Assembly (NCBI RefSeq): GCF_001194135.2
Contig: NC_068984.1
Location: forward strand, 86,967,323 to 87,031,322
Direction of reading: 5' to 3'
Source of the DNA: Octopus bimaculoides
Lineage: Eukaryota
DNA: 64,000 nt
Numbering within the stretch: the stretch's first letter is position 1; the number at the start of each line of letters is the position of its first letter. The notes below the pieces were generated by a model. The model was not told the DNA's origin. It saw nothing but the letters and a program-made list of their open reading frames with translations, and did not search any database. The position numbers and the translations under genes were made by a program. Positions 49,440 through 62,222 of the stretch are shown here, in pieces.

Positions 49440-52239
49440 TACACATCATATACGCACACATACATACACATACATACATACACACATATATACGCATACC
49501 ACATACACACACACACACATTATACTCTGTTTTAAATAAACTGAAAGGCAGCCTGTCCTTAATGTGGCTAATAATAGCAGTTATTAAACATACAAAACAG
49601 CCACTATTCTGATCACCTAATATGCCGCAAAGGGGGAAAAAGTTCTCTGCAGGAGGCGAGATTAGCTGATAGCACCTGACAACAAAACAAGGAAAAACAA
49701 AAATAACTCCGAGGTGGGTGGGAGGGAATTTTCGAGGTGCAAGTTGACTGGCAACCTGGGGCCCACTAAAATTGTTCCCAATAGGACCCCNNNNNNNNNN
49801 NNNNNNNNNNNNNNNNNNNNNNNNNNNNNNNNNNNNNNNNNNNNNNNNNNNNNNNNNNNNNNNNNNNNNNNNNNNNNNNNNNNNNNNNNNNNNNNNNNNN
49901 NNNNNNNNNNNNNNNNNNNNNNNNNNNNNNNNNNNNNNNNNNNNNNNNNNNNNNNNNNNNNNNNNNNNNNNNNNNNNNNNNNNNNNNNNNNNNNNNNGTA
50001 ATTATAATCGTAATTTGTGTCATTTGAACGAAGTTTCTATAAAATGTCATTAATATATGTCTATTTCCCTGAAAGTTATGAGGGAAAAATTCGATCTTGT
50101 GAATTTTCCGAAAGTCCTCTCCCCATCACCCCACGTTGGTTTGCGCAATTTTTTTTTTTTTGTTTTTGCATATTCGTTTTCTACACAGTTTTTAACACCT
50201 AGCATGCTGGTTTCTTTTTTTGTTTTCGTTAACGTTGGCGGTTCTAAATAATAAATAGCGCAAAGAGGTAATTTGTATTTATTCTACCCTGTCTTTGTAG
50301 CATTTAGGGAAAAGGTACGTTCTGCTATATAAGATCAGAAAATTTGTAGGAACATGAGACATCTTCAAGCTAGAAGTTAGTACCTTTTATTTGAAGACAG
50401 TAAATACTGGTCTTTTGCTCTACAGTTACAATTATAATCAACTTCTTTCACTGAAAAAGCTGTAAAAAGTTATATTTATGTGTATGTGTGTGTGTGTGTG
50501 TACGGGGTGACGGGAATGTGTGTGATAGGCACGATAGAACAAGAGGTAAGCTCTCAACTAGTTGAGACGGTGATCACGTTCAATCCTGGTTGAAGATATT
50601 TCACGTCCTTATGCAACTAATGATCTTGGGAAAAGTCCCAATGTCCACTAGAATATGAATCAAAAAGAAAAATATTACATTTGAGCATTAAAATTAATGT
50701 ATCAAGCTAACGAGAAATCATTATACGGTTACACGATCTGTTAGAAACAACAGTCCAATCTCCCTTAAATCACACCATACAGACATGCGAAAAGAATGAT
50801 ACACTAGGTACAACGTCGTCCTGGGACAGACACGGCTTAAACGTTATTTGAAGAGCCACTACATTATACGACACCTCACTACATTACACCTTTAACGACG
50901 GAGTCTCTATGCTTTCAAACTCCGGCTGTCTGAAAACAGGGAAGGCAGGCAAAATACATCAACCAAAACAGTCCTAGATAACACAAAAACAGACGAGATT
51001 GTTACAGTTGGAATGCCTTTTGATTACAAGTTTGCTCAATAAGAGTTAAACTGGTGCTCAATAAACCACCACACACACACAATCAACAAAAGACCACAGG
51101 TCTGTGGATTGTTACTATCTTTTGCTCGACCCACACTAACCTAGGATTAAGCATCAACTGGAAAGAATAAATGGCTAATCCAAACACCATAAACATTACA
51201 TGTTAACAGATTAATGGGGTGAGTCGTAATTCATCGAAAGATNNNNNNNNNNNNNGGAAAGAATAAATGGCTAATCCAAACACCATAAACATTACATGTT
51301 AACAGATTAATGGGGTGAGTCGTAATTCATCGAAAGATGATAACCTGGAAAGTTAACAGCGTGAAAGATAATTGAGAAAAAGTGAATCCCAGTTGTATTA
51401 AAATAAAAAAGCCTTTTTAATAGAAATGCTAGTTTTCATTATTTTATTATAATGTGTACTAAGCAGGCATAAGTTACTTGGTACGCAGAATCTGCGCTCA
51501 CAGTTTCAATTCCAAGTGAAAGTATTTCATTCACTTCACATCCAAACACATATTTCTCTTCCTTTAAATGTTCATGCCTATATGATGAGCAATAAATTTC
51601 CTCATATTAATTAGTCGAATGTTTCAGTAAAATAGAACATAAACAGCAACTATTATTCTTAATTGAACACAGGCAAGTATATTTAAAGTCTTGCTCAGTG
51701 ACGCCACATCACTTGATGAATGTTAAAATACAATGCTCCAATAAATCGAGTAGAATATAAATATTATAAACCAAAATGAATTCGAAAATCAATGAAAATA
51801 TTTTAAAGGATAAAATCCCTACAAAAGGATGATCGAAGACATAGTAAAAAGGGTTTATAAATGTCCTTGGTATTAAAAGTGACCTTTCAATATGACAGCA
51901 GGGAATCTAACGAAGAGTTTGTACCATACTTATCTTCATATTTATTTCTAAGTAGAGTGCTACATTAAATATCACACTTGATAATAACATCAATACTAAT
52001 CGGTAACTGAATTTAAAAACAATTAGCGACTGTGCCACAAACTATCCAGTAACATGACTTTCATAAAAAAAACAGCAGTTTAAGCAAATCAGATTGTTTA
52101 CTATCAGGAGTTTGTAGAAGGGAAGGTTATATTTTCTTTGTTATTCTTTACGTCATTTCAGTCTCTGAAAAACTAAATAAAACGGTTATCTTCGCATTAA
52201 TATAGACTGAAGGATTGTGAAAAATATTTGTAAACATAC

Positions 52240-52429
52240 CTTTTAACTGAACCTTCCGTTGTTCATAGATTGCTTTCAGGTAGAGGCGGTCTTTCTTCTG
52301 AAGACACTTATTCGAAACGTATAGATTCCTAGTGTTTATATATGTGATTTTCAGTCGGCCTGATAAATGTCCAGAATGAGCCGTGCAACGAGACAATCGA
52401 CACAATCTAACGCACATCCAGCTAAACAT
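52240..52429 (-). CDS. NT5DC3: NT5DC2/3-like exon 1 (start codon, predicted mitochondrial presequence)
   Basis: ATG at 52429, ends AAA G|gtatg, 190 nt. Phase 1 matches exon 2 (G+AT = Asp). Encodes MFSWMCVRLCRLSRCTAHSGHLSGRLKITYINTRNLYVSNKCLQKKDRLYLKAIYEQRKVQLK. The 16 exons total 1572 nt (523 aa plus stop). Confidence 0.8.
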
Positions 52430-53214
52430 GATGCCTCAGAGGGTCGTGGAAAGAATAAGCGTCAAGTCAGAGCAACAACACTACGACGTGCTTGACTTGT
52501 TGGATAACCTCAATGTCGATTTGAACGTTTACATGTTATTAAGCAAACACGTGTAAACTAACAGTCCAAAAACAAAAATTCATTTCAGAAACCAGAGAGC
52601 TTTTACCTAGTCACTCGATCCAGTAGAAATAGAAGTCAAACCCTTCTCATATCCAACTCTGCCGTCTTAGGGGAAAAAGTAATATATCCAGTCTGGAGCT
52701 CCTGCGATCAAAGTACTGTTCAAAGGAAATAATAAATGAAAGCATCGGAGGATTTTTTTTCATCGTAATGTCACTGTAATAATTTCTTTGTTATCCTGAA
52801 GTAAACTTGAAGCCTTATTTTTATATTTATTGTTTTTTGTCGCCATTTCGAGGGATTTTTTCTACTTTGTCTTATTTTACTTTATTTATAATGATTGTTT
52901 TTTTTCTCATGTCTATGTAGTTTTGTAATGTATGAAGTTGTATGTATCTTGTTTTAGTTTGTTGTTTATTAAACTCCAATGTCAGCTCAGATCCAGTTGT
53001 CCTTATGAGTAATAGCCCTCCAACTCTGGCCATTCCATTTTTTCGTCATCGAAGACTACTCATTGGAACCTTTTTTTTTTAATTCTTTCTTAAAGGCGGT
53101 TACTGTTGAGTGTAGGTTTGCCGGATCAATTTCATAAAAATGTAGCACAAAATCCTCAAATTGCAACTGTTTATATTAGTAAGTAGCTGAAAATGAAAGT
53201 TTTGTTAGTAAACT

Positions 53215-53600
53215 TATACTTGGTTCAGCCATTGGACTATGGTCATGCTGGAGCACAGCCTTAAAGTGTTTAGTTGAGCAAATCACCTCAGTACCTTTAC
53301 AAAAATTTTGTATAGTCTGGTACTACTTCTATTGCTTTCTTTTGCCGAACTACTAGGTTACGGGGATGTAAACAAAAACACCGGTTGTCTAACGGTGGGA
53401 GACGTCAAACACGTTAATATACACAGAGATACACTCATATGTACATACAACGGATTTTCACACAATTTCCACCTACCAGATTCTCTTACACAGCATTGGT
53501 AGGCCCGGGGCTATAGTAGAAGATACTTACCTAAGGTGCTGCGCTGTGGAACCGATTCCGAAATCACATGGTTACAAAGCGAGCTTCTTAATCACACATC
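53215..53600 (-). mobile_element. tRNA/CORE-type SINE
   Basis: Family hallmarks GCTATAGTAGAAGATACTTACCTAAGGTGC and CTTTTGCCGAAC. Confidence 0.8.
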
Positions 53601-54186
53601 CTGATGTATGTATTTGTATTACGTAGTCGTGGGGAGCGTAGAGTCAACTCTTAATCACTATAATTTCTAGGATCATTCTGACCCGGAACAGTTATACCAG
53701 TCAGGGTCCCATCTATGGGTTAAATGGGTTTCCTAGGAGGCTCTCGTTATTTTTGCAATGCTGTTGGGAAGGCAGCTTCTGACATATAACTTGCAATCAA
53801 AATAGTACCAGTCATCTTGCAATGCTTATCACTGGTGACCGAGAGAGTGGTGAAAATGTTATACAAGCTTTTGTCACTTAAATCCAATGGCGTACAGATG
53901 TCTTGCTGTTATTCAATGTGAGATGGCTATCGTCTGACAAGATGAGGCAATCAGCATCATGTTATTGATGTCAGTGGGCAGTGATGAAAATGAGTTTTTG
54001 AAAGTAAAGTCTTACTAAAGAAGTATTTCTTCGACTGATAAATACTAGATCACCTTCAAATATACTAGTAGCATTATTTTGTCACCTCCCTCTTTATCAT
54101 TGAGATGACGCTAGACTTTGCACCAATAACACTGTGTAACAACATTTTTTATTGCTTTTTCTTTTAGTTTTTGGTCACTAAGTATT

Positions 54187-54576
54187 ATTTCCTATTTGCT
54201 TCTATCTGGAAATCAAAGGAAATGATTACTGTTCCCTTTGAACTTTACTTTTGTGACCTGGGCATCAATGTTTTGAAATTGACTTATTTTCCATTACATT
54301 TCAGACAGATTCAACACCTGGTTGCTGAAGCAGAAATATCGTAGCAAGTATTCTGCTCCATACCACAGATTTGCTTGTTAGTTGTTTGACCGTAACCTCT
54401 TGAGCATGTCCCTTAGTGGCTGACAATATGTGCTTCTGTGATCAGGAGTAGTCGGAGAGCATCATAGCCATATGTTGAGAGAGATTCTTTGGGGTTTGAA
54501 TAAATGTAACAAAAACAAAGTTTGAAGGAAGTATTAGCCATTTTTCATAGTTTCTAGGATTAACCAAATAGGAAAT
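54187..54576. mobile_element. MITE-like element with ~38 bp imperfect TIRs, copy 1
   Basis: ATTTCCTATTTG...CAAATAGGAAAT. A second copy is at 57310-57706. Confidence 0.6.
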
Positions 54577-55111
54577 ATCAGTTGCTACAAAAATTGTGTT
54601 ATGCAATGTGCTTCTTTCTTTGTCATGGTGTTGGACAAATTAAAAAATTTGGAAAACATCTCAGTTTTATTAAGCATGATAATTTTTGTTGCCCTTTTCA
54701 ATCTTCTGTTCTAAAGGGAGCCTGGTCCCTATTCCCATGAGAAACACTCTGCTAAGATCCAAAAAGACTGAGTAGGAAAAGGAGGCAGGTTAAATGCCAC
54801 AAGCCCTCTTCCCATGAGCTGAAAAAGTTGGAGAATGCCTTTTATGTGTCACCAGCACTGACCACAATCACAATTTCACTTAGCTTGGACATGTCTTCTC
54901 AAGCACAGCAAATCACCAGAAGTCTCAGTCACTTGTTATCACCTCCATGAAACTTATATAATGAAATTAATGATATTGGACCTTGGTGCCTCATCATTAT
55001 CAGTCATGCTACTGCTCACTCATAACACAATGTCCTTCTCATATTCTAATTCTGACAAGGATTTTTAGGGGGCAGAATTTGTTTAAAATATAACTATTAT
55101 ATTTGGTTTAT

Positions 55112-55331
55112 CCCTTTAGCCTTCAGATTTCTCTGTCAAATGTAATGCTTATTTATTCACATTGATAACAATTAATCATGCATTACCTTGTAGCTTTGGG
55201 ATTTCAATGATGTGATCGTTTATTTTTAGGATAATATTGTAGGGTATGTGTGACAGGCAGATCTGGCCAGTTTGGAGATAAAACAGGTAGAATATTTTGG
55301 TTTGAATGTGACTAGTTTAAATGCTAAAAGG
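55112..55331. mobile_element. piggyBac-like MITE, copy 2
   Basis: TTAT|CCCTTTAGCCTT...AATGCTAAAAGG|TTAA. The body is homologous to 10357-10582. Confidence 0.7.
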
Positions 55332-55784
55332 TTAAATATTTTATTTCTTAGAAAAATTTCAACCTAAACTCTAAATTCCCATCCTCACCACATAGTACAC
55401 CCTTATCATCTTCTATCCTCTTATGAGTTCACAATGTTCCTAACAGGTTAGAATTTACCTTTTTTTTCTGTTATCTAATGGCAGTCAAAAGTCCAGTTGG
55501 CTATGACCAGGTTCTTGACCTCTATTGAATAATAGAATAAAAACACAAACAAGAGAGAACAAACAAAGTCACACTTGAAATTCTTAGAGCCTAAAATAAT
55601 CTCTGCACATACCATCTTCATATTCTCATACTGCAAGCTAACAAGAGAGTCTGTGTATGGTCATTTGATCTGCTGGAAATGTAGCCAAATCTCCCTGAGA
55701 TCACTCTTACTGTCTTAAGAAAGAAAGAAAAGTACATATTAGATAATGCAACTAGAGATGCCTTTCAAAGATAGGATCTTTTGT

Positions 55785-56165
55785 CTTTTACTTGTTTCAG
55801 TCATTAGACTGTGACCATGCTTGGGGTACCACCTTGAATTTTAGTCAAACGAATTGATCAAAGCACTTATTATTTATTTAAGCCAGGTACTTATTCTGTT
55901 GGTCTCTTTTACTGAACCTTTAAGTTATGGGGATGTAAACACACCAACACCAGTTGTCAAGTGTTGGCAGGGGACAAACACAGACTTAAACACACATACA
56001 TATGCGATGGGCTTCTTTCAGTTTCCATCTATCAAGTCCACTCACAAGGCTTTGGTCAGCCTGAGGCTATAGTAGAACTGGTCCAAAGGTGTCACACAGT
56101 CGCACTGAACCTGGAGCCATTTGGTTGGGAAGCAAACTTCTTATCACTCAGCAATGCCTGCACCT
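55785..56165 (-). mobile_element. tRNA/CORE-type SINE
   Basis: Homologous to 58934-59337 along its full length. Confidence 0.82.
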
Positions 56166-57309
56166 ATAGGATGGTCTCGATCAATAAATTTGCTTGATCA
56201 GCTTGACCTGGGGTTAAACAACAACAGTTCAAATCAAATCCCCAAAATCTGGAAATTTTCTTAATTTTAATGACCAACAAAAAGTTAATCAAAGCAGCAT
56301 CACACAAATCCATCATCCTCCCATGCACACCCTAAAAGATTTATCCTTGATGTCACCATCCCATACATCCTCTCCCTAACTTACTACATGGATCCAGGTC
56401 ACAAAACTCAACCATGTTTTTCACAAACATTATACAAAGCATATGAAAGCCATAATTTTCTGTACAGAGTAACACAAGGCTCAATTGTCTTACCCATTCC
56501 CTGTAACTCACCTGAACTCAACTTGATAAAAAACCATGATCTTCTTCCATCAGTTTTCAGATGTAGTTGTTATTCAATGACTATAGCATTACATCAACCA
56601 TTTTAGAAATTAGCTCAGATAGTCTAAAACAAGCACCTGAAGACTAAAAGTGGCATTCAATGGANNNNNNNNNNNNNNNNNNNNNNNNNNNNNNNNNNNN
56701 NNNNNNNNNNNNNNNNNNNNNNNNNNNNNNNNNNNNNNNNNNNNNNNNNNNNNNNNNNNNNNNNNNNNNNNNNNNNNNNNNNNNNNNNNNNNNNNNNNNN
56801 NNNNNNNNNNNNNNNNNNNNNNNNNNNNNNNNNNNNNNNNNNNNNNNNNNNNNNNNNNNNNNNNNNNNNNNNNNNNNNNNNNNNNNNNNNNNNNNNNNNN
56901 NNNNNNNNNNNNNNNNNNNNNNNNNNNNNNNNNNNNNNNNNNNNNGATGTAGTTGTTATTCAATGACTATAGCATTACATCAACCATTTTAGAAATTAGC
57001 TCAGATAGTCTAAAACAAGCACCTGAAGACTAAAAGTGGCATTCAATGGACATCAAACCCAGTCAACCATCACACTTCACAACATAGAACACTACACAAA
57101 GAGAAGAGACACAAATGCTAGGGATTGCCTACATCACCTCTTCAATATTCATGGCACACATACAAAAAAATTGGCCCTTCATCACCACCTCAATAAACAT
57201 AGCTCGAGAATACAAAGGCATCAGTAAACTCAATATAATTGATTTGTTGTTGGATTACCCTATATAACAAAAAAATTTCTACTTTTTTTTGTCTTTGGTC
57301 ACTAAGTGT

Positions 57310-57706
57310 TATTTCCTATTTGCTTCTATCTAGAAATCAAAGGACATGACTACTATTCCCTTCAAACTTTTCTTTTATGACCAGGACATCAATGTTTTGA
57401 AAGTGATCCATTTTTCCATTACATTTCAGACAAATTCAGCATTGAGCTGCTGAAGTAGAAATATTATAGCAAATATTCTGCACAATACCAGATATGCTTG
57501 TCAGTTGCTTGACCTTTATCACATGAGCATGCTCCTTCGTGTCTGACAATATGTGCATCTGTGATCATGAGCAAGAGTTGTGCGGAAGTATCAGAGCCAT
57601 GTGTTCAGAGGGATACTTCGAGGTTTGAATAAATGTAACAAATGCAAAGTTTGAAGGAAATATTGGGCATATTTCATAGTTTCTAGGGTTAAGCAAATAA
57701 GAAATA
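57310..57706. mobile_element. MITE-like element, copy 2
   Basis: Homologous to 54187-54576 with the same TIRs. Confidence 0.6.
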
Positions 57707-57924
57707 AAAGTTGGTAACCAATGACATAAATCATGTTACACAGTATTATCTTTGCTAAGACTTCACTTTCTTCTCTCAGAGAAAGTGACTGATCTTTTGT
57801 TACCAACATAGGTTCCAGAACTTCTTACTGTAGCTATTATACTTTCACTACCCCTTCTTCTCAACACTAATTAGATTACCTTATTAACAAAGCCTGAATA
57901 TTATAGTAATCATTTCATTTGGGT

Positions 57925-58245
57925 TTTGATTAGATCTGGCCGTCGTAGGATTTTCGAGCGAGATCGTTGCCAGTGCCCCTGGACTGGCTCTTGTGCGGGT
58001 GGCACATAAAATACACCATTTTGAGCGTGGCCATTGCCAGTACCACCTGACTTTGTGCGGGTGACATGTAAAAGCACCCACTACACTCTCTGAGTGGTTG
58101 GCGTTAGGAAGGGCATCCAGCTGTAGAAACTCTGCCAAATCAGATTGGAGCCTGGTGTAGCCATCTGGTTTCACCAGTCCTCAGTCAAATCGTCCAACCC
58201 ATGCTAGCATGGGAAGCGGACGTTAAACGATGATGATGATGATGG
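57925..58245 (+). mobile_element. Young (GAT)n-tailed RTE 3'UTR copy
   Basis: CpG-retaining. Nearly identical to 61608-61882 over the 3' part. Confidence 0.9.
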
Positions 58246-58933
58246 TGATTTCTAGTTGACTCCAACTAAATTTTGTGAGAAGTGATTTTTTTTATAGCAG
58301 ATAAATTTGTTACTAATTACTTGTATTCATCTTTTAACTATAGAAAGAATTAAATATGGAGAAAAGATTATAGTTATTTATTTAATAAACACCTAACACC
58401 AAATTTCCCAGATATATTATGCAAAATATGACTAGTCGGTAATATTGATGTTTGTGTCAGTGTGTCACTACAAAAGTAACTACCACATAGATAATATGCT
58501 CATAATTGTGATGACAGATAAGAAGCAAAGTTCCACTCTTGGCTGTGTGGTAAGAAGTTTGTTTCTCAACCATGTGGTTCAGAGTTCAATCCCATTGTGT
58601 GTCACTTTGGGCAAGTGTCTTTTACTATAACCCTTGGCCAACCAAAGTAAATTTGGTAGACAGAAACTGAAAGATGTCCATTGTGTGTGTGTGTGTATAT
58701 GTATACATACCATCCTTAATATCCTTTCTGTCAACACCTCAAATCTAAAACTTCTTCCCAGATGATGGAGGTTGGTATTATCCAGTGATGGAATCAATTT
58801 ACAATCATTATTTTGGATAACCAAGCCCCGAGAAACAGCTGTTGGACTCATAAAACTCTTACTCAACCCCTTTAATCTCTGATATTATTTCTATTCTGTG
58901 TAAGTCAGACCTTTTTATATGTAAACATTCACT

Positions 58934-59337
58934 CTTTACTCTCTTTTACTTGTTTCAGTCATTTGACTGTGACCATGCTGGAGCACCGCCTTTTAGTTGA
59001 GCAAATCGACCCCAGGACTTTTTCTTTAGAAGCCTAGTACTTATTCTTTCGGTCTCTTTTGCCGAACTGCTAAGTTATGGAGACATAAACACACCGCCAT
59101 CAGTTGTTAAGCGATGCTGGGGCGGGGACAAACACAGACACACAAGCATATACACACACATACATACATATATAAGACAGGCTTCTTTCAGTTTCTATCT
59201 ACCAAATCCACTCACAATGCTTTGGTCGGCCTGAGGCTATAGTAGAAGACACTTGCCCAAGGTGCCACACAGTGGGAATGAACCTGGAACCATGTGGTTG
59301 GTAAGCAAGCTACTTACCACACAGCCACTCCTGCACT
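58934..59337 (-). mobile_element. Well-preserved tRNA/CORE-type SINE
   Basis: Minus head GCAGGAGTGGCTGTGTGGTAAGTAGCTTG...GGTTCCAGGTTCATTCCC (A/B boxes), CORE-like GGCACCTTGGGCAAGTGTC, internal (CA)/(TA) tract. Confidence 0.9.
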
Positions 59338-59456
59338 TATGATACATTTTTTGTATAAAATGTATTTAATATTTTTTGTATATCAACTTGCCTAACTTGC
59401 TTTCTTACATTTACTGCTCTACATGCTTATGCATGCATGTATGTATGTATGTATGG

Positions 59457-60301
59457 AGCGACAGTGCAAAGTAGTGGTGTGTATAAATACAAACTTGTTA
59501 CCAGTTCAAATATGTTTGAGGCATATTTGAACCTGTAAGAAAGCCATTCACTAGATTTTGTCACGGAGAAAATTTCTCTCTGTAGACAGATAGATGTAAA
59601 CACACCAAGTCACTCCACTGTGACTCCTAACCAGACCATTGGATGCATGCATTTTGGAATTGTTATCTCCTCTTCAGCAACAGAGACTGAAAAGACAGAC
59701 CCCTCTTATGATATTCCTGTCATCATTCAAATGACAGGCTTGCCATGAATGAAGCATGGGGTGACAGCACAAAACAGTGATGTGTATAAATACAAGCATG
59801 CTAACAAATTTCCTCCATGACAAAATACAGTGAATGGCTTCTTTTGAGTTTAAATTGTTGTTGGCACTCTGTCACTTACGACATCGAGGGTTCCAGTTGA
59901 TCCGATCAACGGAACAGCCTGCTCATGAAATTAACGTGCAAGTGGCTGAGCACTCCACAGACACGTGTACCCTTAACGTAGTTCTCGGGGATATTCAGCG
60001 TGACAAGGCTGGCCCTTTGAATTACAGGCACAACAGAAACAGGAAGTAAGAGTGAGAGAAAGTTGTGAAAGAGTACAGCAGGGTTCGCCACCATCCCCTG
60101 CCGGAGCCTTGTGGAGCTTTTGGTGTTTTCGCTCAATAAACACTCACAACGCCTGGTCTGGGAATCGAAACCGCGATCATATGACCACGGATCCACTGCC
60201 CTAACCACTGGGCCATTGCGCCTCCACTGAATTTAAATATGCCTCAAGTATATTTGAACTGGTAGCAAGTTTGTATTACATACACTACTGTGTAGTGGCG
60301 C
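59457..60301. mobile_element. Fold-back element with ~70 bp TIRs, hosting a nested SINE
   Basis: Left arm 59457-59532 and right arm 60230-60301 are reverse complements with mismatches. Confidence 0.7.
59856..60226 (-). mobile_element. Young tRNA-derived SINE (resembles octopus OR-type tRNA-Arg SINEs as recalled)
   Basis: Head TGGAGGCGCAATGGCCCAGTGGTTAGGGCAG (A-box) and GGTTTCGATTCCC (B-box). CpG-rich body. Confidence 0.88.
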
Positions 60302-61459
60302 GAAATTACAGCCGCTATTAAGGAAGTACAATCTACGCATGCGCAGTTGTATAGACCAGTGGCTTCATAGCTCAACAACCTCTTTCACCAAAATAGCATT
60401 TTACAAATACTTCTTAAGATTATTTTAATCAAGCTAATTTTGCATATCCATATTTTCTTACACTACTCGATCCAGAATGTGCTACTTTTTATATATTTAA
60501 TTTTTATGGAAATTACTAAAGAAGGTGAGAACTTATACATCACAATAATATTTGATATTTACATACCACCAGATACTGATTAAAATGATGTCATGTTCAT
60601 ATCTTAATCCTCCAAATTTTTTTTCTTTGAAAATATGTTTAAAATATAAGTATTTTATCTGACTTATATAATTTGTTTTTAAGGAAAACCCCCAATCCCT
60701 CTAAACACCCTCTACCTTCCATATCCACCCCACCCCCACCTATCTTTGTGAGCTCACAATTCTCCAAAAGTTCTTAACCCAGGTTTAGACTCAGCTCAGC
60801 ACTTTATGATCAGACTTATGATCAAATTTGTTCTAGCCATGACTATCTTGTCTTTTGTTTTTAGACAAAGTATATAAGAGATCATATCATCTAATGTATT
60901 CACTTTTAAAACTAAAGTTTGATCTCAGGGAGATCAGCAGGTTGTTTGTTGTTATGCAAAAATTGTGAATATGATTCTCACTTAATTTTTTTTTTGCTAT
61001 CTTACCCACATTTAATTTACAGAGATGTGTGAGCAAACAATTGGATATACATATTGTACCTGTAAGTGTGTATATATATAGTATGTGTGACTGTTAGTGT
61101 GTGTTTATGACAGCATGCCAAACAATATATGACATATGGATTAAGGAGAAAGTATTATCCTGCAGATATAGAAGCAAAATTGAAAAGCTGGATACATCTA
61201 AACATCTAATCTAATATAGTCCACAGTAATTACAGCTATGATCACGTTACAGACTTACAGAGTAACATCATAATAGTGCTACACATTATTTCATGAAGTA
61301 CAATCTGAGAAAATATCAATGGAGGTAATCTACACAATGACATCAAAAACTCACAATGAGGTTAACCATGAGGCTAACAATTTTAAGAATATTTATAAGA
61401 ATATTATAGGCAATAGAGTGACTTTATGCAATCTTGAGATTTATGAATATATTTATTTT

Positions 61460-61882
61460 CGTGCTGTGCGTGAGAAGACCCGGCAAGCCAAGTGAGATCG
61501 TTGTCAGTGCCCCTGGACTGGCTCTTGTGCGGGCGGCACATAAGATGTACCATCCTGAGCGTGACCGTTGCCAGTACCGCCTGACTGGCCTTGTAGGGTT
61601 TTCGAGCGAGATCGTTGCCAGTGCCCCTGGACTGGCTCTTGTGCGGGTGGCACATAAAAGACACCATTTCGAGCATGGCCGTTTTCGTGCGGGTGACACG
61701 TAAAAGCACCCACTACACTCTCTGAGTGGTTGGCGTTAGGAAGGGCATCCAGCTGTAGAAACTCTGCCAAATTAGATTGGAGCCTGGTGTAGCCATCCAG
61801 TTGCACCAGTCCTCAGTCAAATCGTCCAACCCATGCTAGCATGGAAAGCGGACGTTAAACGATGATGATGATGATGATGATG
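61460..61882 (+). mobile_element. 5'-truncated RTE LINE 3' end: last codons, VNTR-containing 3'UTR and (GAT)n tail
   Basis: CGTGCTGTGCGTGAGAAGACCCGGCAAGCCAAGTGA = RAVREKTRQAK-stop, then two ~114 bp units (61494, 61608), then the tail. Confidence 0.88.
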
Positions 61883-62076
61883 AATTAGCACACAGAATAT
61901 TAACAAAGAAAAATATGTATATGTCTTTAAGGGGAAAAAAAAAAAGATCTGAAATGTAAGCAATTTTAAAAACCCAAAGTTATTCATTTTTATTTCAAAT
62001 TTACACCTTTATCAGTGTTTACTTGAATTTTTTTCAACTTTCACAAAAGAGCTTAAAGTGAGCAGCTTCAAATTTT

Positions 62077-62222
62077 TTATGTTTCCATTTTTACATTCAG
62101 AAATCTATCATTGAGATTAGTAAAACATGCATATGGATTTTCCAGTCCGCATGCATGCCCTATTTTCCAATCAGTTTTCTTCAGCTTAAGCTCTTCATCA
62201 ACATATTTTAGAAGCTTGTCGT
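62077..62222 (-). CDS. EEF1AKMT1: EEF1AKMT1/N6AMT2-like methyltransferase last coding exon
   Basis: ttttcag|AC GAC...ACA TAA, 146 nt, phase 1 matching the previous exon. Encodes (D)DKLLKYVDEELKLKKTDWKIGHACGLENPYACFTNLNDRFLNVKMET-stop. H..GL.N.Y.C..N parallels the family H..NL.NEF.CY.N. Confidence 0.85.

Noticed and set aside
50552-50567. Perfect 16 bp palindrome TCTCAACTAGTTGAGA
   Set aside because: A single short palindrome inside a decayed SINE-like segment, plausible by chance in 64 kb.
51160-51338. Exact 83 bp direct repeat
   Set aside because: Identical copies sit on either side of a 13-N gap, the classic scaffolding overlap artefact.
56560-57050. Exact 105 bp direct repeat
   Set aside because: Identical copies flank the 56665-56945 gap, most likely a contig-end overlap. 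A real tandem array cannot be excluded without reads.
56390-57230. Possible Penelope GIY-YIG remnant (LKVAFNGH...)
   Set aside because: No GIY/YIG or CxxC motifs could be read, so the similarity is too weak.
60358-60400. tRNA-like start GGCTTCATAGCTCAA
   Set aside because: No B-box or cloverleaf follows.
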